This document shows positions 34,524 through 44,299 of a stretch of 64,000 bases of DNA, one piece after another; positions within the stretch are counted from its first letter, which is position 1, and every line of letters begins with the position of its first letter. The notes below the pieces were generated by a model that did no database searches, had not been told where the DNA came from, and saw only the letters and a list, made by a program, of their open reading frames with translations. The stretch comes from a virus. The position numbers were made by a program, and so were the translations under genes. The DNA lies in IMG/VR virus record IMGVR_UViG_3300029309_000006, positions 1-64,000 of that record; one strand, written 5' to 3'.

Positions 34524-36848
34524 ATGGCATTATTACATGAAATAAATAACGGATCAGAAAGATTTTCAGTAGACGAAGTAGGAGCAGTAAAAATAAACAA
34601 TGCTTTTACTTTACCCACTGTAGCAGGTGTAAATGGTTATGTGTTAACATCAAATGGTTCTGGTGCTTCTGCTTGGCAAGCATCTACAGGAGGAGTTGGT
34701 GGCGCTGGTACTGGTCAAAAAGTAGCAAAGTTTGCTGGAACAGGTACTTCATCTACTCTAGGAGATGGCCCAATAACTTTTTCAACTAATGATTCAGCTT
34801 TTGCAGGTGCAATAGCAACATCTGGTAATATAACAGCTACTGCATCGAACGCTACAATTTCAGCTGCTGAAAGCGGTGGTGCTACAACAAAAATAATGGG
34901 TGCTAGTGTGGGTAGAGTTGGTACATCTAGTAATCATAACCTTGAAATTTTATCAAATAACACAGCAGCAATAACCATAGACACTTCACAAAACGCAACT
35001 TTTGCAGGGAATATTTCAACAACAGGTGATATAAATATTAACGGGGGAACGAGTTACAATGATAAAAGTAATCTTTATCTGTCTAATGGTAGGACTTTAA
35101 TACAATCTGATATTGTAAATGCAACCGCTAACGGTGACACAAGTTTAGATTTTCAAACAAGAAGCGCAGGTTCATTAGCTTCAGCTATGTTTATTGATGA
35201 ATTTAGAAAAATAGGAATCGGAACTACTTCGCCTGATTGGGCTTTAGATATTGAAGCTGTAAGCACTGGAGTTCAATTGCAAATAGGTAGAACTACTACT
35301 AGTGCAGGCTCTACTTGGATGGGTTCTGATTCAAATGGCTTTCATTTAGGCGTTGGGGCGTATGGTGGTGGAAACTCTGTTTCTGATCCTAATGGTTTTA
35401 CTGTAGATACTTCTGGAAACGTTGGAATTAAAACAACTCCTAGTACTAGGCTACATGTGTCTGGAAGTTTTGATCCTGATGATGCACTGGGATATGCTTT
35501 AATCGAAAACACTAGTACAGCTGGCGCATCTGCTGAAAACTCAGCTATTAATGTTAAAAATTATCGTGGCACTTCTCAATTTATGCAGTGGGAAGGAAAT
35601 GGATTAAGGATTGGTAGTAGAATTTTAACTAATAGCGGCGTAGGTGATGTTTATTTTACAGCTGGAGCAGATAGTGTTAAAATGGTTGTAAAAGCTGGCG
35701 GAAACGTAGGAATCGGAACCACAAACCCTAATTTTAAACTTCACTTAGCAAGTACTGGTGCTGATACTCTTTTACGACTTGAAAATACTACTACTAATAG
35801 ATACCCTAATCTAAGATTCACAGCGGCAGGTGCAGAATATGACATAGGTGTTGGAGGTACTGGAACAGCAACAGGGTATGTACATAATTTTTATATTTAC
35901 GACATAACTAATTCTGCGCCTCGTATTACTTTAACTCAAGCAGGAAACGTAGGAATAGGAACAACTGTGCCTAACGCTAGGTTAGAAGTTTTAACCTCTA
36001 CTGCAGGGTTTAGCAGTATTATTAGAAACACAAACGCAAATAATGACTCTAATGGGTTATTAGTTAAAGCTGGTACTCAAGGTACTGAATATGCTCTTAA
36101 AGTTAGTAACACTAATGATACTCAAAACTTTATGTCTATAAAAGGAAGTGGAAACGTAGGAATTGGAACAACTTCACCTTCTTCTACTTTTCAAATTGGT
36201 GGTGGAACTGCTAATGTTTTACAAAAAATACATGGTAGTGGAACAGCTGGTATTCAAATATTTACAAATTCACCCTCTACTGGTACTAAAATAGCCTCTT
36301 TAGAACAATATTTTTCAAACGAAGGGTTTTTAGGGTTGTATTATAATGGTAGTCAAACAGTTAGATTTAGAGCAAATGGCAAATCTTTTATTAATGGAGG
36401 GTTTGTAGGAATCGGAACAACAAATCCTTATTATGAGTTAGAAGTTCAAGGGCAAGGATATTTTAGCTCACATTTATATGCACACTGTTTAGGTGTTGGA
36501 GCAGCTACACCAAATTCTTTAGGAGTTATCAGAGCAGCTGGAGATGTTATTGCATATTATTCATCAGACAAAAGGTTAAAAGATAATATTGTAAAAATAG
36601 AAAAGCCTTTAGAAAAGCTTGATAAAATTAACGGATATGAGTTTGATTGGAATAACAAACAAGAGCTTTATAAAGGACATGACATAGGAGTTGTTGCTCA
36701 AGAAGTAGAACAAGTATATCCAGAACTAGTAGAGACTCGCAAAAGTGGATATAAAGCTGTTAAATATGAAAAATTAGTACCTTTACTTGTAGAAAGTATA
36801 AAAGAATTAAAAACTGAAATAGAACAACTTAAAAAACAAATTAAATAA
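34524..36848 (+). CDS. Tail fibre with S74-like chaperone
   Basis: Multiple GNVGIGTT.P, SDKRLKDNI, GVVAQE. Confidence 0.88.
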   Translation: MALLHEINNGSERFSVDEVGAVKINNAFTLPTVAGVNGYVLTSNGSGASAWQASTGGVGGAGTGQKVAKFAGTGTSSTLGDGPITFSTNDSAFAGAIATSGNITATASNATISAAESGGATTKIMGASVGRVGTSSNHNLEILSNNTAAITIDTSQNATFAGNISTTGDININGGTSYNDKSNLYLSNGRTLIQSDIVNATANGDTSLDFQTRSAGSLASAMFIDEFRKIGIGTTSPDWALDIEAVSTGVQLQIGRTTTSAGSTWMGSDSNGFHLGVGAYGGGNSVSDPNGFTVDTSGNVGIKTTPSTRLHVSGSFDPDDALGYALIENTSTAGASAENSAINVKNYRGTSQFMQWEGNGLRIGSRILTNSGVGDVYFTAGADSVKMVVKAGGNVGIGTTNPNFKLHLASTGADTLLRLENTTTNRYPNLRFTAAGAEYDIGVGGTGTATGYVHNFYIYDITNSAPRITLTQAGNVGIGTTVPNARLEVLTSTAGFSSIIRNTNANNDSNGLLVKAGTQGTEYALKVSNTNDTQNFMSIKGSGNVGIGTTSPSSTFQIGGGTANVLQKIHGSGTAGIQIFTNSPSTGTKIASLEQYFSNEGFLGLYYNGSQTVRFRANGKSFINGGFVGIGTTNPYYELEVQGQGYFSSHLYAHCLGVGAATPNSLGVIRAAGDVIAYYSSDKRLKDNIVKIEKPLEKLDKINGYEFDWNNKQELYKGHDIGVVAQEVEQVYPELVETRKSGYKAVKYEKLVPLLVESIKELKTEIEQLKKQIK

Positions 36849-37333
36849 TGGCATTACCAAGTTCAGGACAAATAAGTGCAAGTCAAATAAACGCAGAGGT
36901 ACCGGGTAGATCAGCTACAGCTCAAGCTCCTTTGTCTGGAACTAGCTCTACTCCACAAGCAGGGTCATTAGTAAAGTTATACGCTACAGCTTCACCACCT
37001 GTAAATCAATCAGCTCCACACGCGTATTCTGAGTTTTATGGAAGAAGCTTTGTGTCTTTAACAAGTTTTTTAGTTGGAGCGGGTATAGTAGAAAGTGGTA
37101 ATACTGCGTGTAGTACACTAGGTTCTTCTTTTACATATTATCATGACGGAAGTGGAACTTATCCTGCTGTAGGAGATAAAGTGTATACTAATTCTAGTGG
37201 AACAACTCCGGCATCAGGAGGCACAGGAACAAACTATGCTGTATTTGCAGCTGGACCACCAGCACCACCAGTTAGATATTTTAGACTAACAGGAAGTACA
37301 GGAACTGTACAAGCAACAAGTACATGTCCTTAA
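36848..37333 (+). CDS. Fibre-tip/adhesin-like protein
   Basis: MALPSSGQIS...SEFYG N-terminus; C-domain shared with the end of 58364..62389. Confidence 0.55.
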   Translation: MALPSSGQISASQINAEVPGRSATAQAPLSGTSSTPQAGSLVKLYATASPPVNQSAPHAYSEFYGRSFVSLTSFLVGAGIVESGNTACSTLGSSFTYYHDGSGTYPAVGDKVYTNSSGTTPASGGTGTNYAVFAAGPPAPPVRYFRLTGSTGTVQATSTCP

Positions 37334-37356
37334 TTAATAAATTAAAACAATAAAAA

Positions 37357-37713
37357 ATGGCAATAACTTATAAATGGATAATTAACCAAATGAACGCACA
37401 TATCCAAGCCGAAGGCGAAGATAATGTAATATATACAGTACACTGGACTTATTTAGGTTCTGAAGAACACGAAGGTAAAACATACAGCGCTTCACAAATA
37501 GGTGCGCAAGGTTTTACTTATGTAGCTGGAGAACCTTTTGTACCATATGCTGATACAGAAGATTTTGAAAAAGTAGTAATAGGATGGCTTGAAGATGTTT
37601 TAGATGTACCAGCAATGGCTAAGTCTCTAGAAGATAATATTAAACTACAAATTACACCTGTAAATGAAGATTTATACTTTACATGGCAAAATCCAACACC
37701 ACCAGCAGAATAG
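37357..37713 (+). CDS. Tail-fibre-associated protein
   Basis: Homologous to 2363..2686. Confidence 0.6.
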   Translation: MAITYKWIINQMNAHIQAEGEDNVIYTVHWTYLGSEEHEGKTYSASQIGAQGFTYVAGEPFVPYADTEDFEKVVIGWLEDVLDVPAMAKSLEDNIKLQITPVNEDLYFTWQNPTPPAE

Positions 37714-37714
37714 T

Positions 37715-37749
37715 GTAAGTTTTTAAAAAAACAAGTGATACTATAATAT
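37715..37749 (+). promoter_or_regulatory. Unit B promoter-like motif GTAAGT-N14-GTGATA
   Basis: Second copy with the same spacing at 62375-62400. Confidence 0.5.
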
Positions 37750-37806
37750 AACCTATATTGCTTTGCAATATAACCAAAATATGTTTAACCTTTAAAACCA
37801 ATAAAA

Positions 37807-38115
37807 ATGACTTATTTTTATTATAAAACCAACACTTGGGGTAACTCCGACCAACAAGTGTCCGAAGATACCAGAAATACCTGGGAATTTTTTGCTAAAA
37901 AGAAAAACTGGAGAATTGTACAACTTCCTAATGGTTATTATCAAACAGAGTGTCAAAGCTTAACTGCTGATAACAAACCTAGTGGTGAATGGACTGATAT
38001 TACTAGAAGAGAAACTATTGAAGCAGCCGAAGCTGCAATCGACGCTAGTATTGAACATTATCAAAAACGTTTAGAATACGCTAAAGGTCCTAAAGTTGTA
38101 AAAACATTTAAATAA
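37807..38115 (+). CDS. Hypothetical protein
   Basis: NWRIVQLPNGYYQTE, TRRETIE; upstream of groEL. Confidence 0.65.
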   Translation: MTYFYYKTNTWGNSDQQVSEDTRNTWEFFAKKKNWRIVQLPNGYYQTECQSLTADNKPSGEWTDITRRETIEAAEAAIDASIEHYQKRLEYAKGPKVVKTFK

Positions 38116-38137
38116 TCAAATAAAATTAAATCAAATT

Positions 38138-39697
38138 ATGTCAAACGCGATTGTTAAAAATCTGAACTTTGGTTCGGATGCTAGAGACAAAGTGTTTGCC
38201 GGTATTACAAAACTTACACAAGCTGTTAGCTCCACATTAGGAGCTAGCGGTAAGTGTGTTATGCTTGAAAACAATACTGGTAAACCTATTATAACCAAAG
38301 ATGGAGTTACTGTAGCTGAGTCAATAACGTTGTTAGATCCTGTAGAAAACATGGGCGCAACGTTACTAAAAGAAGCAGCTAGCAAAACAGTAAAAGAAGC
38401 TGGAGATGGTACTACAACAGCAACAGTACTAGCTCATGCTATTTTAAAAGAAGCTTATAGTTTACATGTAGAAGAAGATGTAAGAACAATAAAAGAAGGT
38501 ATAAAAAAAGCAACTAAAAACGTAATAAAATATTTAGAATCAATATCTATACCTGTAGATGGTGATATGATAGATCAAGTTGCAACTATATCAACAAATA
38601 ATGATGCTAAGCTTGGAAAAATAATAGCTGATGCTTTTAGAGCAGCTGGTAATAACGGAGTCGTTATGTTAGAGCCAACTGACTTACCTCAAACCACGTA
38701 TGAACTGATTGACGGAGTTCCTTATGAAAGAGGTTTAAAAAATATACATTTTGTAACTAATCAAGATAAAAAAACTTCTGAACTAGATAAACCTTTGGTT
38801 TTGTTAGTTGAATCAGAAGTTGAAAATGTAAGAAAAATACAAAGTGTTTTAGAGTATGCTATAAAGCATAATAGATCTTTGCTTATTATAGCAGATGTAG
38901 ACAAACAAGTAATGTCTGCTTTAGCTATGAATAAAATAAAAGGTAATATAAAAGTAAATGTAATTGATGCACCTATTTATGGTGTAAGTAAAAAAGAAAC
39001 ATTAGATGATTTAGCTTTACTTACGGGTGCAACTATTATAAATGAGGATTTAGGAGACGATATAGATTTAATTGGGCCTGAACATTTAGGTGAGTGTTTA
39101 AAAAGTGTTACAGATCAAAACGAAACTATATTACAACTAGAAAAAACCTCAGATGCTGTAAAAGAAGTAATCGCTGAGCTAGAAATAAAACTAACTAAAA
39201 CTAAAGATCCTAATATGGTTATTAAGTTAGAAAAAAGATTAGCTAGGTTATCGGCAAAAGTAGCCATTGTTAAAGTTGGTGCAAATTCAGAAGTAGAATT
39301 AAAAGAAAAACAAGCTAGAGTTGAAGATGCTATATGCGCTACCAAAGCTGCTATAAAACAAGGTATTGTTTCAGGCGGTGGTATTGCTCTTTTAAATGCA
39401 GTTGAAAATGTGTCAGCTTCTTCACCAGGAGAAGAAATATTATTAAGAGCTATAGAAGCTCCATTTAATACTATTTTACAAAATGCAGGTATTCATGAAT
39501 CAAGAGTTAATGCTGCAGCTGGAGAAGGATTAGACGTGGTTACAGGACAAAATGTAAATATGATAGAGCAAGGTATTGTAGATCCTTTGCTTGTTACAAA
39601 AAGTGCTTTACAAAATGCTTCATCAGTAGCAACTACAATATTATCTACTGATTGTGTTATTAACAATTTAAGAGTTGGTGATGAAAGCAATAGGTAA
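38138..39697 (+). CDS. groEL: Phage chaperonin GroEL
   Basis: ITKDGVTVA, AGDGTTTATVLA, GIVSGGGIAL, GIVDP; no GGM tail. Confidence 0.97.
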   Translation: MSNAIVKNLNFGSDARDKVFAGITKLTQAVSSTLGASGKCVMLENNTGKPIITKDGVTVAESITLLDPVENMGATLLKEAASKTVKEAGDGTTTATVLAHAILKEAYSLHVEEDVRTIKEGIKKATKNVIKYLESISIPVDGDMIDQVATISTNNDAKLGKIIADAFRAAGNNGVVMLEPTDLPQTTYELIDGVPYERGLKNIHFVTNQDKKTSELDKPLVLLVESEVENVRKIQSVLEYAIKHNRSLLIIADVDKQVMSALAMNKIKGNIKVNVIDAPIYGVSKKETLDDLALLTGATIINEDLGDDIDLIGPEHLGECLKSVTDQNETILQLEKTSDAVKEVIAELEIKLTKTKDPNMVIKLEKRLARLSAKVAIVKVGANSEVELKEKQARVEDAICATKAAIKQGIVSGGGIALLNAVENVSASSPGEEILLRAIEAPFNTILQNAGIHESRVNAAAGEGLDVVTGQNVNMIEQGIVDPLLVTKSALQNASSVATTILSTDCVINNLRVGDESNR

Positions 39698-39941
39698 AAA
39701 CTTAGTAGTTAGTTTAGTAAAACAAGGTATTGCTAAAACTAAAGGTGGTTTGTTATTAGGAGAAAAACAAAGAGAAGATACAAGATACACAGAAGGTGTT
39801 GTAGTGTCTGTAGGTAATGATGTTGTTGGAATAAAAGCAAACGATGTTATTTATTTTGATAAAAATAATGCACACCAAATAGAAGTTAAAAAAGAAATAT
39901 ACACTGTTGTTAATATGAGTAGTGTAGTTATTGTGTTGTGA
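39681..39941 (+). CDS. groES: Co-chaperonin GroES
   Basis: KTKGGLLL, GVVVSVG; adjacent to groEL. Confidence 0.88.
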   Translation: MKAIGKNLVVSLVKQGIAKTKGGLLLGEKQREDTRYTEGVVVSVGNDVVGIKANDVIYFDKNNAHQIEVKKEIYTVVNMSSVVIVL

Positions 39942-40399
39942 GAATAGAGCCAAGTGACATTAGAAAGTTAAACTTATTAAAACATTATAGGGTTATACGA
40001 AAATGGGCTTGTAAAAATCACAACTTAAATGATGCAGATTTAGAACTACTTATTTATTTAGACTGTATAGAATTATTTACTAAGCACGATTTTAAAATCG
40101 GTACTTATGCTTATAGCTGGGACAACAGGCGCTGGAACAGATTACTTAAAGAAGGTTGGATAACGGTTTGGAGAATTAGAAACAGGACAACCCAAAAGTA
40201 TAATATCTATAAAGTTTCATTTAAGTGTAAACAGCTAATAAGTAGAATGTACCGTATTATGCTTGGTAAAGAAGATATACCTACAAGCACTCATAGAAAT
40301 AAAATAATGAAAGGTAAAACTTATATGGACAAGGTTTTGCAAACATCGATTAAACATGCTAACAAAGATAAAAACAATAATTATGGCAAAAAAATCTAA
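39938..40399 (+). CDS. Hypothetical protein, possible winged HTH
   Basis: LNDADLELLIYL...RLLKEGWI. Confidence 0.45.
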   Translation: MRIEPSDIRKLNLLKHYRVIRKWACKNHNLNDADLELLIYLDCIELFTKHDFKIGTYAYSWDNRRWNRLLKEGWITVWRIRNRTTQKYNIYKVSFKCKQLISRMYRIMLGKEDIPTSTHRNKIMKGKTYMDKVLQTSIKHANKDKNNNYGKKI

Positions 40400-40483
40400 A
40401 AAAGAAGAAGTAAAAGAAGTTTCTTCTATCGACAAAAAAATAGCTAAACTAGAAGCAGTTATAAAAAAGCTAAAAGCTAAAAA

Positions 40484-40984
40484 ATGAGCGATAAACAAAA
40501 ATTAAAAAAAATATCTGCTGAATTAAAAAAAGCTGTTAAAATGCACACTAGTCAGCACGAAAGACTAGATAAAATGGCAAAAGGGCCAAGTATGATGATA
40601 CCTAATGTAGCTGGCAGTTTAAAAAACAATATGAAAGTTCAAGAAATAGGTAATAATCTTTTTCAAGGTGAACAGCTTGCAGAGCAAATGCAACAACGTA
40701 GAACAGATGATCCTGTAATGCCTCCAACGCCAGATCAAATGGCGCCTTTGTATATGGATAAAACTAAATACAAAGCTGTTAACGTTCAAGACTTACAAGA
40801 TATGGGCGCGGTAAAGTCTGATAAAAAAGGCCAATATGTTGTAAACGAAAATCCAAAATCAGTAAGAGATACTTTAAGATTTCCAAAAGGTACTAGGCAT
40901 TATTCAGGTAAGAAATATGTAACAGGTCAGTTAATAGATGAATCTGATTTTGAAGATATTATAAAAAAAGTAAATAAATCATAA
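40484..40984 (+). CDS. Hypothetical protein
   Basis: ORF track. Confidence 0.6.
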   Translation: MSDKQKLKKISAELKKAVKMHTSQHERLDKMAKGPSMMIPNVAGSLKNNMKVQEIGNNLFQGEQLAEQMQQRRTDDPVMPPTPDQMAPLYMDKTKYKAVNVQDLQDMGAVKSDKKGQYVVNENPKSVRDTLRFPKGTRHYSGKKYVTGQLIDESDFEDIIKKVNKS

Positions 40985-41164
40985 ATTATGGCAAAAAATC
41001 CAGGACAAACAGGAGCTGATGCAGTATGGGGTGGACCTCATACACCATCAAATTTAAAAAAAGGTAATCCAAGATATGGTATGGATCCTATGCAGGTGTT
41101 AAAAGCTGATACACCTTATAAGGCTGGACCTATAACACAGCTGGCTAAGTAAAAACTCACTATA

Positions 41165-41629
41165 ATGAGTGATAGAATAAGTGAACATATATCGCTTAAG
41201 GAAGCTATTAAATCACACACTGCTACTCGGTTAGGTATTGAAAATATTCCCAGAGAGCAAGATTTAATAAATATGAAAACTATTGCTGAAAAAGTTTTTG
41301 AACCTCTACGTAAGTTTGTAGGTGGTCCAATAGCTATAAATAGTTTCTATCGCTCACCAAAATTAAACTCTGCTATCGGCGGAAGCACATCCTCTCAACA
41401 TTGCATTGGTTGTGCTATTGATATTGACGATACTTACGGACATGCTTCTAATGCTGAAATGTTTAATTGGATTAAAGCTAATTTAGATTACGATCAGATG
41501 ATATGGGAGTTTGGTACAGAAACAAATCCAAATTGGGTTCATGTAAGCTACGTTTCTGAAGAAGCAAATAGAAATAGATGTTTAGAAGCTTATAAAGAAA
41601 AAGGTAAAACTAAATACAAAGTAATATAA
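41165..41629 (+). CDS. Endolysin, peptidase M15 family
   Basis: INSFYRS, SQHC, WVHVSY; close homologue of 3771..4235. Confidence 0.9.
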   Translation: MSDRISEHISLKEAIKSHTATRLGIENIPREQDLINMKTIAEKVFEPLRKFVGGPIAINSFYRSPKLNSAIGGSTSSQHCIGCAIDIDDTYGHASNAEMFNWIKANLDYDQMIWEFGTETNPNWVHVSYVSEEANRNRCLEAYKEKGKTKYKVI

Positions 41630-41799
41630 TGGCAATAAAAGCAAAAGAAACACCTTTAGAAGGTAAAATTAGTCCAGCTTGTAAAACTGCTGCAAAGAAA
41701 AAATTTAAAGTATGGCCAAGTGCTTATGCTTCTGGTTGGGGAGTAAGATGTACTAAAGCTGGTGGACCTGGTAAAATGGGTAAATCAAAAAAGAAGTAA
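41629..41799 (+). CDS. Small basic protein (56 aa, not in ORF track)
   Basis: ACKTAAKKKFKVWPSAYASGWGVRC. Confidence 0.6.
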   Translation: MAIKAKETPLEGKISPACKTAAKKKFKVWPSAYASGWGVRCTKAGGPGKMGKSKKK

Positions 41800-42041
41800 T
41801 GGCTAAAAAAAGACCAGAGTGGAAAGACAGTAAATATGCTGATGCAAAAGGTAAGTTTAAAGATTTATCTTGTGATGCTCTTGCTAGTTGGCTTATTAAA
41901 AGTAGAAAAGGTAATAAAAAAGCTATTGTAGGTAGTTTAAATCAGCAAATAGTTTTTAATCGTAAAAAAAATCCTAGCTATGCTAGCAAAATGAAATGTG
42001 CTAGAAATAAAGCTATGAAAAAACTAGGCAAAGATGCCTAA
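41799..42041 (+). CDS. Small basic protein
   Basis: ORF track; Lys-rich. Confidence 0.6.
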   Translation: MAKKRPEWKDSKYADAKGKFKDLSCDALASWLIKSRKGNKKAIVGSLNQQIVFNRKKNPSYASKMKCARNKAMKKLGKDA

Positions 42042-42194
42042 AGCTTATAGAGGAGTTTTAAAAGCCCGAATAAATAAATTATATGGAGGTGATGTGACTT
42101 GTGGTAAAGTGAAAAAACTAAAGTCACGACCAGGAGCTACAAAAAGAGACGTGCAGTTGGCTAACTGGTTTATCAATATGCACGGCTGTAAAAG

Positions 42195-42758
42195 ATGAAT
42201 ATATTTGATGATTTTAATTTAATTAAATTTAAAAATCAAAAACCACCAACTGATAATTCTTTAACAACTTTAAAAGAAATAAAAGAAATTGATAACTTAA
42301 AAATAGATGTAAGTTTTGTTAAGTATTATGACGAAGTTTATGACGTTTTTAAAAAGATAATAGAAAAAAATGGTTATGAGTTTCCTTCTGATTTAGTTAA
42401 GTATTTAATAAATAACAGTAGAGAAACAATATTAAATTTAAAAAATTATCATAAAAGATCAAGACCTAACGAAATAGCTAAAAACTATAATATAAACTTA
42501 GATGTTGTAGATTTAAAATCTGCTAAAACAAAAGCTTACCCTTCAGGTCACTCAGCTCAAGCTGAATTAATAGGATTAGTATTAAGTGATATATATCCTA
42601 ACTTAAGATCTCAAATAATGAAAGAAGCTAACAATATATCTTTAAGTAGAAATATAGGTAGATTACATTACGCTTCTGATAGCCAAAACGGTTTAGATTT
42701 AGGTAAAGCAATGTATCAACATTATAAAACAAAAGCAAATGCCTTATATACAAAATAA
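42195..42758 (+). CDS. PAP2/haloperoxidase-superfamily phosphatase
   Basis: K..HKRSRP, YPSGHS, SR...RLHYASD. Confidence 0.8.
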   Translation: MNIFDDFNLIKFKNQKPPTDNSLTTLKEIKEIDNLKIDVSFVKYYDEVYDVFKKIIEKNGYEFPSDLVKYLINNSRETILNLKNYHKRSRPNEIAKNYNINLDVVDLKSAKTKAYPSGHSAQAELIGLVLSDIYPNLRSQIMKEANNISLSRNIGRLHYASDSQNGLDLGKAMYQHYKTKANALYTK

Positions 42759-43095
42759 TCCACTGTCATGCTGGCAAGGTTATAAAAGAAAACCTGGTAC
42801 AAAAGAGTTTTCAAAAGGTAGTTGCGTAAAAGTTTCTGATTCACCGGCTACAAAACAAAAAGGAGGAGGCACAACAAAAACCTGTTTACCTGCTTCTAAA
42901 ATAAAAAGCATGTCTAAAGAAAAAAGAAAAGAATTAGTAAATGCTAAAAAATCTGCCGGTGCTAAAGGTAAATATAAAAGATCATCAAAAACAAATGTAA
43001 AAGGTGCTAGAAAAAAAGGTGCTACATTAAGAGACTGGTTTGAAAAAGAAGACTGGAGAAGAGTTGATGATCCTAGTAAAAAATGCGGAGAATAA
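42739..43095 (+). CDS. Small basic Cys-containing protein
   Basis: CWQGYKR, CLP, LRDWFEKEDW. Confidence 0.6.
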   Translation: MPYIQNNPLSCWQGYKRKPGTKEFSKGSCVKVSDSPATKQKGGGTTKTCLPASKIKSMSKEKRKELVNAKKSAGAKGKYKRSSKTNVKGARKKGATLRDWFEKEDWRRVDDPSKKCGE

Positions 43096-43097
43096 TT

Positions 43098-43385
43098 ATG
43101 GCTAGTAAATCACCAAACAATATAAAAGAAAAAGCTTACGAAAAGCAAAATCGCGCAATGCGGGCTAAACATAAAAGAGAAACAGGAAAAACTCTTGGAA
43201 CTAGACAAACATCTGGGACAGGTAAACGTAGAGTTTCTTTTGCATGTAGGTTTGCTGGTATGGCTGGAGCATTAAAAGATGCTAAAGGTGAACCAACTAA
43301 ACTTAAAATGGCTCTTAAAAAATGGGGTTTTGGTAGTAAAGAAGCTGCTAGAAACTTTTGTAATAAAAACAAAAATAAAAAATAA
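43098..43385 (+). CDS. Small basic protein
   Basis: RRVSFACRFAGM...LKMALKKWG. Confidence 0.6.
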   Translation: MASKSPNNIKEKAYEKQNRAMRAKHKRETGKTLGTRQTSGTGKRRVSFACRFAGMAGALKDAKGEPTKLKMALKKWGFGSKEAARNFCNKNKNKK

Positions 43386-43391
43386 AAAAAA

Positions 43392-43910
43392 ATGATTAGA
43401 AATTATTACACAGAAGCTTATAGTTCTGCAGTGGTGCCATCAGTAAGTGATACACTGCTTATAGACGGAAGAACTAAAAGCACTACACCTCAAGGTGCTT
43501 GGAAACAATACAATTTATATGTTGGTGACTCCCCAGCTACATTACCTGTAACTACAACTACAGATAATACAGCTGTTAACAACTCTACAGCGGTTGGTTT
43601 AAAATCACCTAATCCACTTATAAAAGCTGGTATGATAGTAAAAGGTGCAGGTTTACCAGACGCTGGCTTAACAATTGCAGCTGTTGTAGATGCTAGCAAC
43701 TATACTTTATCTCAAGCAGATACTATAGCCGCTGATGCTACATTAACATACACATACGCTGCTAGTTCAAAATTAAAAGTATTAACTGTAAATAATGAAA
43801 CTGTAACGTTTCACAATCCAGTTAAAGGAGAAATACTACCAGTAAGCGTAGTACAAGTGTTTGCCACAGGCACGGAAGGTGGCGTAGAAAATTTAGTTGC
43901 ATTAAGTTAA
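43392..43910 (+). CDS. Structural protein with inserted beta-domain
   Basis: LYVG...ILPVSVVQVFATGT core with an IKAGMIV insert. Confidence 0.55.
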   Translation: MIRNYYTEAYSSAVVPSVSDTLLIDGRTKSTTPQGAWKQYNLYVGDSPATLPVTTTTDNTAVNNSTAVGLKSPNPLIKAGMIVKGAGLPDAGLTIAAVVDASNYTLSQADTIAADATLTYTYAASSKLKVLTVNNETVTFHNPVKGEILPVSVVQVFATGTEGGVENLVALS

Positions 43911-43920
43911 AAATATAGTT

Positions 43921-44295
43921 ATGCCAAATCCAAAGAAAAAAGCAGCAAAGTATTTAAAGTCTATTAAAAAAGATCCTAAAAGAGAACAAAAATTAGATTC
44001 AATACAAAAAAGATATTATAAGCAATTTGATCAATTTGACATGGGTAGTAAAGTTGATGGTGGAGAAAAAGATTTTGATAAAAATTATAATATATTAAAA
44101 AAAGCCGGTAAAGATACTATATTCGGTATGAAACAACCATTAAAAAAAGAAAAAATGGATAAAAATTTAAAAAAAGAAGCAAAATACGATGCTAAAGAAG
44201 CATACAATAAAAATCTATCTGGTAAAGCAAGATTACATTATTTAGAAAATAATATTGCTGACAGATCATGGATGTCAAAACATTCTAAATCTTAA
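43921..44295 (+). CDS. Hypothetical basic protein
   Basis: ORF track; ARLHYLEN. Confidence 0.55.
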   Translation: MPNPKKKAAKYLKSIKKDPKREQKLDSIQKRYYKQFDQFDMGSKVDGGEKDFDKNYNILKKAGKDTIFGMKQPLKKEKMDKNLKKEAKYDAKEAYNKNLSGKARLHYLENNIADRSWMSKHSKS

Positions 44296-44299
44296 AATC

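Noticed and set aside
306-36179. CRISPR array or invertase shufflon for the recurring AACGTAGGAAT words
   Set aside because: Spacing is irregular (hundreds of bp), all copies are in-frame and in direct orientation, and no cas or site-specific recombinase gene is visible.
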